Shown piece after piece: positions 18,611 to 26,574 of a stretch of DNA of 64,000 nt. The stretch comes from Candidatus Marinacidobacterium sp. (GTDB lineage Bacteria > Acidobacteriota > Vicinamibacteria > Marinacidobacterales > Marinacidobacteraceae). Every line of letters starts with the position of its first letter. Position 1 is the stretch's first letter. The translations under genes and the position numbers were made by a program. Below the pieces are notes generated by a model that saw only the letters and a list, made by a program, of their open reading frames with translations, did not search any database and had not been told where the DNA came from. The stretch covers positions 1,696,001-1,760,000 of the forward strand of contig OZ244852.1 of assembly GCA_965220965.1 (NCBI GenBank), written 5' to 3'.

Positions 18611-19586
18611 GCCCTCGCAGGCGCGCGTCGGGAACACCCCCGCCCCGCTGACGCTCGTCACCGGCGGCGCCGGGTTCATCGGCTCGGCGCTGGTGCGGCG
18701 GCTGGCGGCCGGCGGGACGCCGGTCCGGGTCCTGGACGACTTCTCCACTGGCCGACGCGAGCGGATCGACGGGCTCCCCGGCGTGGAGATCCTCGAGGGC
18801 CGGGTGGAGGACCCGGAGGCGGTCCGGACCGCGTGTTCCGGAGTCCGCCGGGTGGTCCACCTGGCGGCGCTGGCGTCGGTCCCGAGGGCCGAGCGCGAGC
18901 CGGAGGCCGCCGCCCGGGGGAACGTTCAGGGCACGCTCAGCGTTGTTGTTGGCTCGCGAAATGCATGCGTCCAGGCGCTTGTCTACGCATCCTCCTGCTC
19001 GGTGTACGGGGATGCGGGGGACCAGCCGATCCATGAAAACGTTCCTCTCCGCCCGCAATCGGTGTACGCGGTGACGAAGCTGGCGGGAGAGCGGCACGCG
19101 CTCCTCGGCCACCGAACCGGCGGTCCTCCCGCCGTGGCTCTGCGGTTTTTCAACGTGTACGGGCCCGGCCAGCCGGCGGACTCGCCCTACTCGGGAGTGC
19201 TGGCGCGGTTCGCCGCGGCGGCGCGCGCCGGAGAGCCGGCGGAGATCCACGGCGACGGGGAGCAGACGCGCGACTTCGTCGCGGTGTCCGACGTGGTGGA
19301 GGCGATCCTGCTGGGGCTGGACGGGGCCGCCGGACCCGCCGGGGGGCAGGCGTTCAACATCGGGACCGGCGAGGCCGCGTCGGTGAACCAGGTGTGGGAG
19401 CTGGTTGCCCGGGCCTCGGGAGTCCGGTTGACCCCCCGGTGCGGGCCCGGGCGGAGCGGGGACATGCGGAGCGCGCGGGCCGACACCGGGCTGGCGCAGC
19501 GCGTCCTCGGCTTCCGGGCCCGCACCGGCCTCGCCGAGGGGATCGCCGCGCTCGTCGCGAAGGAGCCCCGGGAGGCGGCGGCGTGA
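18543..19586 (+). CDS. NAD-dependent epimerase/dehydratase (UDP-glucose 4-epimerase-like); start uncertain
   Basis: LVTGGAGFIGS, HLAA, YAVTK, LRFFNVYGP and GDGEQTRDFV; the only ATG upstream of the Rossmann motif lies inside rnpB. Confidence 0.85.
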   Translation: MHDRHSVPGDRSGEQNSAYERLGPSQARVGNTPAPLTLVTGGAGFIGSALVRRLAAGGTPVRVLDDFSTGRRERIDGLPGVEILEGRVEDPEAVRTACSGVRRVVHLAALASVPRAEREPEAAARGNVQGTLSVVVGSRNACVQALVYASSCSVYGDAGDQPIHENVPLRPQSVYAVTKLAGERHALLGHRTGGPPAVALRFFNVYGPGQPADSPYSGVLARFAAAARAGEPAEIHGDGEQTRDFVAVSDVVEAILLGLDGAAGPAGGQAFNIGTGEAASVNQVWELVARASGVRLTPRCGPGRSGDMRSARADTGLAQRVLGFRARTGLAEGIAALVAKEPREAAA

Positions 19587-20971
19587 GGCCACGGCTCCCG
19601 GTGGCGGCGGGTCAACGCCTTGGCAAACGCCTGGCGACCCTCCTGGCGAAACGCCCGGGGAAGCGCCTGACCGTCGACCCCCGCGCCGCTGGCGTGCGCC
19701 GTTCCGGGCAGGGCCTGGCCGCCCTGGTCACGATGGCCGGCGTCCTCGGCGGCGCCCTCCTGTTCGGGTTCGGGGCGCTCCGAGGCTGGAACGGACCGCT
19801 CCCCGAGCCGCCGACCGTCGCCGCAGCGCTTCTTTCGCCACCCTCCGAGGTGGGGCTCTTCCGCGTGCCGGACCGGTTCATCCGAGGCGACTCGCTGTCG
19901 CGCGTCCTGACCCGGAACGGGTTCTCGTCGCAGGAAGCCCGCGATGTCGCCCGGGCGGTCGCGCCGATCCAGGACCTGAGGGAACTCCGGACCGGCCAGA
20001 CGGTGTGGATGAAGCGCGACGCCCAGGGACGGCCCAGCGCCGTTGAGCTCCCGCTGGCGAATCTCCGGGAAGTGATCGTCGTCCGCGCCGCGGACGGCTG
20101 GACCGCCCGCGAGAACGGCGTGGAGACGGTGCTCCGGCGGGACATCGTGCGGGGGACGATCGAATACAGCCTCTACCAGAGCCTGGTGGACGCCGGGGAG
20201 CGGCCCGACCTCGCGGTCCTCATCGGCCGCGCCCTCGAGTACGACATCGACTTCCACCGGGATTCGCGGCGCGGAGACACTTTCGCGGCGATCGTGATGA
20301 AGCAGTACGGGCCGGACGGCCAGTGGCACGACTACGGGGACCTGCTGGCGGTGCGCTACGTGAACCGGGGCCGGCCGATCCACGCCGTTCGCTTCGAGTT
20401 CCCCGACGGCCGGTCGGGCTACTACGACTTCGACGGGAACTCGATCCGCCGCGCGTTCCTGATGAGCCCGCTGGAGTACGGACGGCTGACCAGCGGGTTT
20501 TCGCATCGCCGCCTCCACCCGATCCACCGGGTCTACCGGCCCCACTACGGGGTGGACTACGCGGCCCCGACGGGGACGCCGGTCATGGCGACCGCCGACG
20601 GCGTCGTGACCGACGCCGGGCCGAGGGGCCCGAACGGCAACATGGTCACGGTGCGGCACACCGGCGGCTACGAAACGAAGTACCTCCACCTGTCGCGGAT
20701 CCGGGTCACCCCCGGGCAGCGGGTGGAACAGCGGGACGTCGTCGGGCTGGTGGGCTCGACCGGGACCTCGACCGGACCGCACGTGGACTACCGGCTCTAT
20801 CGCTACGGGAGACCGCTGAACCCCCGGGCGCAGGTGCTGCCGCCGGGCCCCCCGATCCCCGAAGCGTTCGTTCCCGACTTCCTGGCGCAGCGGCAGCGGC
20901 TGCTGGCGGCGCTCGACGGCCGCCCGCGCCCGCGGCGGGAGGCTCCGGTCGCGCGCGTCGCCGAGGAGTAA
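19583..20971 (+). CDS. M23 family peptidoglycan DD-endopeptidase (MepM-like)
   Basis: TM segment, GDSLSRVL, RPHYGVDYAAPTGTPV, YLHLS and STGPHVDY motifs. Confidence 0.9.
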   Translation: MRPRLPVAAGQRLGKRLATLLAKRPGKRLTVDPRAAGVRRSGQGLAALVTMAGVLGGALLFGFGALRGWNGPLPEPPTVAAALLSPPSEVGLFRVPDRFIRGDSLSRVLTRNGFSSQEARDVARAVAPIQDLRELRTGQTVWMKRDAQGRPSAVELPLANLREVIVVRAADGWTARENGVETVLRRDIVRGTIEYSLYQSLVDAGERPDLAVLIGRALEYDIDFHRDSRRGDTFAAIVMKQYGPDGQWHDYGDLLAVRYVNRGRPIHAVRFEFPDGRSGYYDFDGNSIRRAFLMSPLEYGRLTSGFSHRRLHPIHRVYRPHYGVDYAAPTGTPVMATADGVVTDAGPRGPNGNMVTVRHTGGYETKYLHLSRIRVTPGQRVEQRDVVGLVGSTGTSTGPHVDYRLYRYGRPLNPRAQVLPPGPPIPEAFVPDFLAQRQRLLAALDGRPRPRREAPVARVAEE

Positions 20972-21048
20972 GCCGGCCCGACCGGCCGCGCTCCGGCTAA
21001 TTGTCGCGGAGCGACTCCCACGCGTCCCGCCGGGCCGCCACCACCGCC
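20857..21048. repeat. Direct repeat copy 1 (3' end of M23 gene plus orphan 3' tail of the ABC permease)
   Basis: Aligns by eye to 23082-23280 with mostly synonymous differences. Confidence 0.85.
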
Positions 21049-21097
21049 AGTTCTCCCGGTGGTCGGCGCTGCACGGGACTTCATCAACAGGTTGTTG
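21047..21097. mobile_element. Truncated MITE fragment (internal arm plus right end)
   Basis: CCAGTTCTCCCGGTGG and CGGCGCTGCACGGGACTTCATCAACAGGTTG match the element at 22219-22419 and 47471-47703. Confidence 0.65.
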
Positions 21098-21236
21098 ACG
21101 GGCCATCCGGACCGGACTGTCGAAGACTCCAGGCGCCTGCCGACGCCCCGGCGCGTCCCCCACGAGGTTCGCCCCGCCCGAACCGGCGCCCCGCCGGCGG
21201 AACAGGCCGCCCCTCCCGCGTTAGAGCGGGGAGCAG

Positions 21237-21737
21237 TCAGCCCCCGAAGCGTTCCAGGAAGTAGCGACCCGCGACGGCGAGGCCCATCCCCACCAGGCCG
21301 GTCGTGGCCGGCACCAGCCAGGCGATGAGCCGCTGCTTCCGGTCCCGCTGCTCCTTCAGGACGGTTCCGACCGCATCCATCGTCTTCAAACGGCTCTCGA
21401 TGTCGTTCAAGCGGTCCCGCAGTTCTCCGAGTTCACCCCGGATCTCCCGGTTTTCCGCCCTGAGCTCCGCGATGCTGGCGGTGAGGCGCTTCTCCATGGC
21501 CTCGCGCTGCACGCGGTTCTCCGCCTTGAGCTCTGAGTACTGCTTGCGGTTCTCCGCCTTGAGCTCGCCGATGCTGGCGGTGAGGCGCTTCTCCATGGCC
21601 TCACGCTCGCGTCGGGCCTCCTCGCGGTCCAGGCGGGCCTCCTCGCGGATCGCCTCCAGCATCCGGAACATCATCGCCATCTGGTCCTGTGGAACCGGCG
21701 GCGCCGAGGGCTTCGGTGGAGTCGGGGTGGGGGACAT
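21237..21737 (-). CDS. Coiled-coil protein with C-terminal membrane anchor (Bdr/CCDC90-like architecture), 166 aa
   Basis: REEAR heptads, ELKAENR hendecad-like repeats, C-terminal LIAWLVPATTGLVGMGLAVAG; TACACT -10 box at 21771-21776. Confidence 0.7.
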   Translation of the reverse strand: MSPTPTPPKPSAPPVPQDQMAMMFRMLEAIREEARLDREEARREREAMEKRLTASIGELKAENRKQYSELKAENRVQREAMEKRLTASIAELRAENREIRGELGELRDRLNDIESRLKTMDAVGTVLKEQRDRKQRLIAWLVPATTGLVGMGLAVAGRYFLERFGG

Positions 21738-22068
21738 GGCGGGTTCGCCGATGCTGGATCGATGTCTTCCAGTGTAGGGCCGGGCGGTCGCCCCGGCAAC
21801 CGCTTCCATGGGCTTCCCGGCAGGGGTCTGCGAATCGTTCATGCGGGTCCTCCCGGGACCCGCGATGCCCCGGATGCGTTCCGGGCGCAAGTCCCTTCAC
21901 CCGACTTCATGACGCGAGTCCGGACTGTTGACGGTCATCCCCACCGGACTGTCGAAAAGCCAGGCGCTTGCCGACGCCCCGGCGCGTCCCTCCACGAGGC
22001 TCGCCCCGCCCGAACCGGCGCCCCGCCGGCGGAACAGGCCGCCCCTCCCGCGTCGGAGCGGGGAGCGG

Positions 22069-22746
22069 TCAGCCCCCGAAGCGCTCCAGGAAGTAGCGAC
22101 CTACAACGGCGAGGCCCATCCCCACCAGGCCGGTCGCGGCAGGCACCAGCCAGGCGATGAGCCGCTGCTTCCGGTCCCGCTGCTCCTTCAGCACGGTTCC
22201 GACCGCATCCATGGTCTTAGCAGCCCGTTAACCAAGTCTCGCGGCGTTTGAGCGGCGATGGCCCCCACCGGGAGAACTGGCCCCGCCCGAACCGCGCCCC
22301 TTCGGAGCGCTCATCGTTGCGTTTCGCTCGGAATATTCCAGATATTCCTCGCTCACGCGCCTTGTCGGCCGGGCGCCTCACCGCTCTCGGCGCTACACGC
22401 GACTTGATCAACGGACTGCGAGACAGCTCGCGATGTCGTTCACGCGGTCCCGCAGCTCTCCGAGTTCACCCCGGATCTCCCGGTTCTCCGCCTTGAGTTC
22501 CGCGTACTGCGCACGGGTTTCGGCCTTGAGCTCGCCGATGCTGGCGGTGAGGCGCTTCTCCATGGCCTCACGCTCGCGTCGGGCCTCCTCGCGGTCCCGG
22601 CGGGCTTCCTCGCGGTCCAGGCGGGCCTCCTCGCGGTCCCGCCGGGCCTCCTCGCGGATCGCCTCCAGCATCCGGAACATCATCGCCATCTGGTCCTGTG
22701 GAACCGGCGGCGCCGAGGGCTTCGGTGGAGTCGGGGTGGGGGACAT
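22069..22746 (-). pseudogene. Second coiled-coil paralog interrupted by a MITE
   Basis: Removing 22219-22419 restores ...IASCL/KTMDAVGTVLKEQRDRKQRLIAW...ERFGG colinear with copy 1; the insert introduces a TGA at 22408. Confidence 0.75.
22219..22419. mobile_element. MITE-like non-autonomous element (~200 bp) with ~25 bp imperfect TIRs
   Basis: Left GCAGCCCGTTAACCAAGTCTCGCG vs right CACGCGACTTGATCAACGGACTGC; absent from the paralogous gene copy; homologous to 47471-47703. Confidence 0.75.
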
Positions 22747-23081
22747 GGCGGGTTCGCCGATGCTGGATCGATGTCTTCCAGTGTAGGGCCGGGCGGTCGC
22801 CCCGGCAACCGCTTCCATGGGCTTCCCGGCAGGGGTCTGCGAATCGTTCATGCGGGTCCTCCCGGGACCCGCGATGCCCCGGATGCGTTCCGGGCGCAAG
22901 TCCCTTCACCCGACTTCATGACGCGAGTCCGGACTGTTGACGGTCATCCCCACCGGACTGTCGAAAAGCCAGCCGCTTGCCGACGCCCCGGCGCGTCCCC
23001 CACGAGGCTCGCCCCGCCCGAACCGGCGCCCCGGGGGCGGAACAGGCCGCCCCTCCCGCGTCGGAGCGGGGAGCGGTCAGC

Positions 23082-23280
23082 CCCCGAAGCGTTCGTCCCC
23101 GACTTCCTGGCGCAACGGCAGCGGCTGCTGGCGGCGCTCGACGGCCGCCTGCGCCCGCGGCGGGAAGCTCCGGTCGCGCGCGTCGCCGAGGAGTGAGTCC
23201 GGCCCGATAGCCCGCGCTCCGCTGGCAGTCAGTCGTCCCGGAGCGACTCCCAGGCGTCCCGCCGGGCCGCCACCACCGCC
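23082..23280. repeat. Direct repeat copy 2 (orphan M23 3' tail plus functional permease 3' end)
   Basis: Encodes PEAFVPDFLAQRQRLLAALDGRLRPRREAPVARVAEE*, a copy of the M23 C-terminus. Confidence 0.85.
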
Positions 23281-24440
23281 GGGTAGATCCCGAAGACGAC
23301 GCCGACGGTGATCGAGAAGACGAAGGCTACGACGAAAGCGTAGAGCGGCGGAACGCCCACCGGCAGTTGCGGCAGGAAGGCGGGCGAGAGAAGGCGGAGC
23401 GCGGACCCGAGCCCGGCGCCGACGACGCCGCCAGCCACCGAGAGCAGGACGGACTCGATCAGGAACTGGCTCACCAGGTGGCCGTGGGCGGCGCCCACCG
23501 CCTTGCGGATCCCGATCTCGCGGCTCCGCTCGCGGACGGTCACCAGCATGACGTTCATGACCCCGATGCCGCCGGCCAGCAGGCTGATCGCGCCGAAGGC
23601 GATGCCGACCGCCACCACGCTCACCAGGACGCCCCGCACCGAGTTCAGCAGCGAGTCCATCGCCAGGATCATGAAGTCGTCCTCGGCCTGATCCGGGAGG
23701 CCGCGGGCGCGGCGAAGCGCCGAGCGGATCTGCTCCTCGGCCGTCTCCACATCGTCGAGCGATGCGGCCAGGAACGCGAAGTGGAGGGAGGCGGCCCCCT
23801 CGCCAAAGCGCTGGCGGGCGGTCGTCACCGGGATCAGGACGGCCTCGTTGGGGTCCCCCATCGCGAAGACGCCCGGCGCGCGCTCACCGAGCACGCCGAC
23901 GACCGTGAACAGGACGCCGTCCAGCAGCAGCCCCTCTCCGACCGGATCCTCCCCCCGACCCAGTTCCTCGAAGACGCGGGGACCGACCACTGCGGCGCGG
24001 GTCCGCCGCCGCACGTCCTCCTCCGTCAGGAAACGGCCCCGATCCAGATCGGCGCCGTGGACTTCGAGGTGCCAGGGACCCACGCCTGAGGCCTGGAGCC
24101 GGATCGTCTCGTCCCCCCGGCCCACTTCCGGCTGGAAGCTGAACACCGGATCGAACGCGCTGACCGCCGGGGACTCGCGGAACGCGGCCTCGCCATCGGC
24201 GAGGCTCAGGAAGCTGCGCCGCCGCACGACCTGGTCGCGGGGCGGCATCCACCGGACGGTGATCTGTCCGGCGCCGACATCTCCGAACTCGGACACCACC
24301 GACTGCGTGAGTCCGTCGGTGAGCGCGGCCACCAGCGTCACCGACGCGATCCCGATGGCGATCCCGAGCGTGCTCAGGAGCGAGCGGAGCGGGGCCCGGC
24401 GGATGGAGGAGACCCCCATCCGCAGGTTCTCGCGGATCAA
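23229..24440 (-). CDS. MacB/YknZ-like ABC transporter permease
   Basis: RSLLSTLGIAIGIASV, GGIGVMNVMLVTVRERSREIGIRKAVGA and FLIES. Confidence 0.9.
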   Translation of the reverse strand: MIRENLRMGVSSIRRAPLRSLLSTLGIAIGIASVTLVAALTDGLTQSVVSEFGDVGAGQITVRWMPPRDQVVRRRSFLSLADGEAAFRESPAVSAFDPVFSFQPEVGRGDETIRLQASGVGPWHLEVHGADLDRGRFLTEEDVRRRTRAAVVGPRVFEELGRGEDPVGEGLLLDGVLFTVVGVLGERAPGVFAMGDPNEAVLIPVTTARQRFGEGAASLHFAFLAASLDDVETAEEQIRSALRRARGLPDQAEDDFMILAMDSLLNSVRGVLVSVVAVGIAFGAISLLAGGIGVMNVMLVTVRERSREIGIRKAVGAAHGHLVSQFLIESVLLSVAGGVVGAGLGSALRLLSPAFLPQLPVGVPPLYAFVVAFVFSITVGVVFGIYPAVVAARRDAWESLRDD

Positions 24441-25735
24441 CCGGAGAGACCTGCTTCCGATACGCGGACTGGGGCGCCGTCGACCAGATTGCGCAGGATC
24501 GCGGGCGGACCGGTCACCACCCGGTCGCCGGCGTTCAGGCCGGACACGACCTCGATCTCGAGGAGGTCGGTGAGACCGGTGGTGACGCGCCGCTCGACGA
24601 CCTGGTCGACGCCGGTCTCTTCGTCCGGCTCGACCACGAAGACCACCTGCCAGCCGCCGCGGTCCTCCCCGCCGCCCTCGGAACGGCGGTCCGAGTACGA
24701 GGTGTCCGATCCGCTCGAGTCCATGGTCAGCGAGATCGTCCGGACCCGGCGCGTCCCCTCGGGGTATCGCCGGACAAGCGCCCCGATCGGGACCGCCAGA
24801 GCGTCCTGGCGGCGATCGGTCTCGATGTGGACCTCGGCGCTCATCGACGGGCGGACGGTCGGGGGCGGGTCCTCGATCCGGACCCGGGCGAAGAACTCGG
24901 CGCCGCCGGCGGGCGCGCCGAAGCCTCGGGTCTCCTCGCGCTGGCCGACCCGCTGGATCTCGATGACCTCGCCGGGCAGCTCGGCGTCCGGGAGGGCGGC
25001 GAGGGAGATCCGGACCGGCTGCCCCACCTGGACCGCCACCACATCCACCTCGGGGACATCGGCCTCCACGATCAGCGTGTCGACGGTCCCGAGCGTCATG
25101 ATCGTGGAGCCGGGCAGGTTCCGGCTGCTGGCCACGACGAGCTCGCCGACCTCCATGCTGACCGCGAGCACGACTCCGCCGATGGGGGAGCGCACGACGG
25201 TCTTGCGGAGGTCCTCCTCGGCGCGGCGCAGCGAGGAGCGGGTGCGCTCGACCGACTGCTCGGCGCGCGCGACCCCGTGCGCGGCGCGTTCGGCGCCGAC
25301 CTCGGCCTCTTCCACCCGTCGGGCGCTCACGATGCCCTCGGCGTGGAGCGCCCGGGCCCGCTCGAGCTCGCGCAGGGCGTCTTCCGCCGCCACCCGCTGG
25401 TCTTCCAGATCGGTGCGGGTGGACCGGAGCATCGCGCGCTGCTCTTCCACGATGGGGCGCTGGGTGGCGTCGTCGATGAGGGCCACGATCTGGCCCTCCT
25501 CCACCCGGTCGCCCGGGACGACCCGCACCTCGAGGAGCCGGCCCACGACCTCGGCGGAGAGGTCCACGCTCTCCTCGGGGCGCACGACGCCCGAGGCGAG
25601 CACGGTGGAGACGAAGTCGCGGGTCTCGATGGTCCGCGTCTCGACCGGCGTTCCGGGCTCGGGCGCTTCCACGCTGAGGGCGACCAGCACGCCGCCGGCG
25701 GCGAGGACGCCGGCGGCGAGGAGGAGGCGCTTCAT
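24437..25735 (-). CDS. Efflux RND/MacA-type periplasmic adaptor subunit
   Basis: ASGVVRP, GDRVEEGQ, coiled-coil hairpin, VRSPIGGVV, RPSMSA and EVVSGLNAGDRVV. Confidence 0.88.
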   Translation of the reverse strand: MKRLLLAAGVLAAGGVLVALSVEAPEPGTPVETRTIETRDFVSTVLASGVVRPEESVDLSAEVVGRLLEVRVVPGDRVEEGQIVALIDDATQRPIVEEQRAMLRSTRTDLEDQRVAAEDALRELERARALHAEGIVSARRVEEAEVGAERAAHGVARAEQSVERTRSSLRRAEEDLRKTVVRSPIGGVVLAVSMEVGELVVASSRNLPGSTIMTLGTVDTLIVEADVPEVDVVAVQVGQPVRISLAALPDAELPGEVIEIQRVGQREETRGFGAPAGGAEFFARVRIEDPPPTVRPSMSAEVHIETDRRQDALAVPIGALVRRYPEGTRRVRTISLTMDSSGSDTSYSDRRSEGGGEDRGGWQVVFVVEPDEETGVDQVVERRVTTGLTDLLEIEVVSGLNAGDRVVTGPPAILRNLVDGAPVRVSEAGLSG

Positions 25736-26523
25736 GGCGGGCCCGCAGTCACGCTGAAACTCGATGAGCTGATGAGAATCGCAGCCGCCAGCGCAATCAG
25801 CGTGACGACGACCCAAAGGGACAAGGTGACGACGAGAGCGCGGCTGCGACGAACCTCGAGGAGCAACCCGAAGCCGATCGCCGTCAGTGCGACCTCCCAC
25901 GCGAGCAGCACATCGAGCCGACCCAAAAGCGCGGCGGCGGCGCCCTCGACGCCGGGCGCCCACGAGGCGAGGCTGGTGCGAAGCAACCCGTCCGCCCGGT
26001 CGGGCGACACCGGGTAGGAGAGCCAGGCGACCACGGCGGTCAGGACCGCGCCGAGCGAAATCGCCGGCCAGCCGGCGTGGGCCACGGTCGAAAGGAGGAG
26101 CCGGTAGCTCCCCTTGACCCCCAGGATGCCGAACGCCAGCAGGAACCAGGCGGCGGCCACCAGCGGCGCGATGACCGCGCCGAGCGCGCCGAGGACCGGG
26201 GCGAAACCGCGGGTGATCCGCAGGCTGTCGCGCACTCCGCGACGCGCCGCCTCGGAAGCGGCCTCGTCCCCCGCCCCGAAGCGTTCCGCCTCCCGCGTGG
26301 CCGCCTCCACGGCGTACTCCACCGCGGCCTCGAAGTCGGTGGCGCGGGAAACCGCGAAGCCCTGGACTGCGCCCGCGAGCGCTGTCGCGGTCAGAACGAG
26401 AGCGAGGCTCGGGGAAGCGGCCAGTCCGGCGAGGGTCTCGCGGGGAGCGAAGAACATCCCGGCGAGGCGGCTCAGCGCGGAACCGCCGGAGGCTTGGCCG
26501 ACCGGGCGGTCCATCGGACTCAT
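25732..26523 (-). CDS. Yip1 family membrane protein (YknW-like)
   Basis: GMFFAPRETL N-terminal motif, about 5 TM segments, first gene of the adaptor/permease operon. Confidence 0.75.
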   Translation of the reverse strand: MSPMDRPVGQASGGSALSRLAGMFFAPRETLAGLAASPSLALVLTATALAGAVQGFAVSRATDFEAAVEYAVEAATREAERFGAGDEAASEAARRGVRDSLRITRGFAPVLGALGAVIAPLVAAAWFLLAFGILGVKGSYRLLLSTVAHAGWPAISLGAVLTAVVAWLSYPVSPDRADGLLRTSLASWAPGVEGAAAALLGRLDVLLAWEVALTAIGFGLLLEVRRSRALVVTLSLWVVVTLIALAAAILISSSSFSVTAGPP

Positions 26524-26574
26524 GGCCCGATCCTACGACACTTTCCGACTGGGGCAGAATCCCCCGCGCGCAGG

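Larger units (their letters stand above)
21093..23094. repeat. Tandem duplication: two ~0.8-1.0 kb units plus a third partial unit
   Basis: A ~160 bp segment recurs at about 21093, 21925 and 22934; gene-upstream region 21600-22080 is repeated 1009 bp downstream nearly identically. Confidence 0.85.

Noticed and set aside
18920-19150. Locally AT-richer codon patches in the epimerase (and in yip1 at ~25750-26000)
   Set aside because: Frames stay intact and no boundaries, repeats or structure could be defined by eye
22217-22496. Small ORFs inside MITE copies (also 47313-47624)
   Set aside because: No transposase motifs; frames are not conserved between copies
21237-22746. Diversity-generating retroelement (TR/VR pair) explanation for the two paralogs
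   Set aside because: Differences are repeat-number changes and mixed substitutions, not adenine-specific; no reverse transcriptase present
20857-23280. Possible CRISPR array, integron or prophage att structure
   Set aside because: No equal-length repeat-spacer periodicity, no attC-like pattern recognised, and no cas, integrase or phage genes in the window
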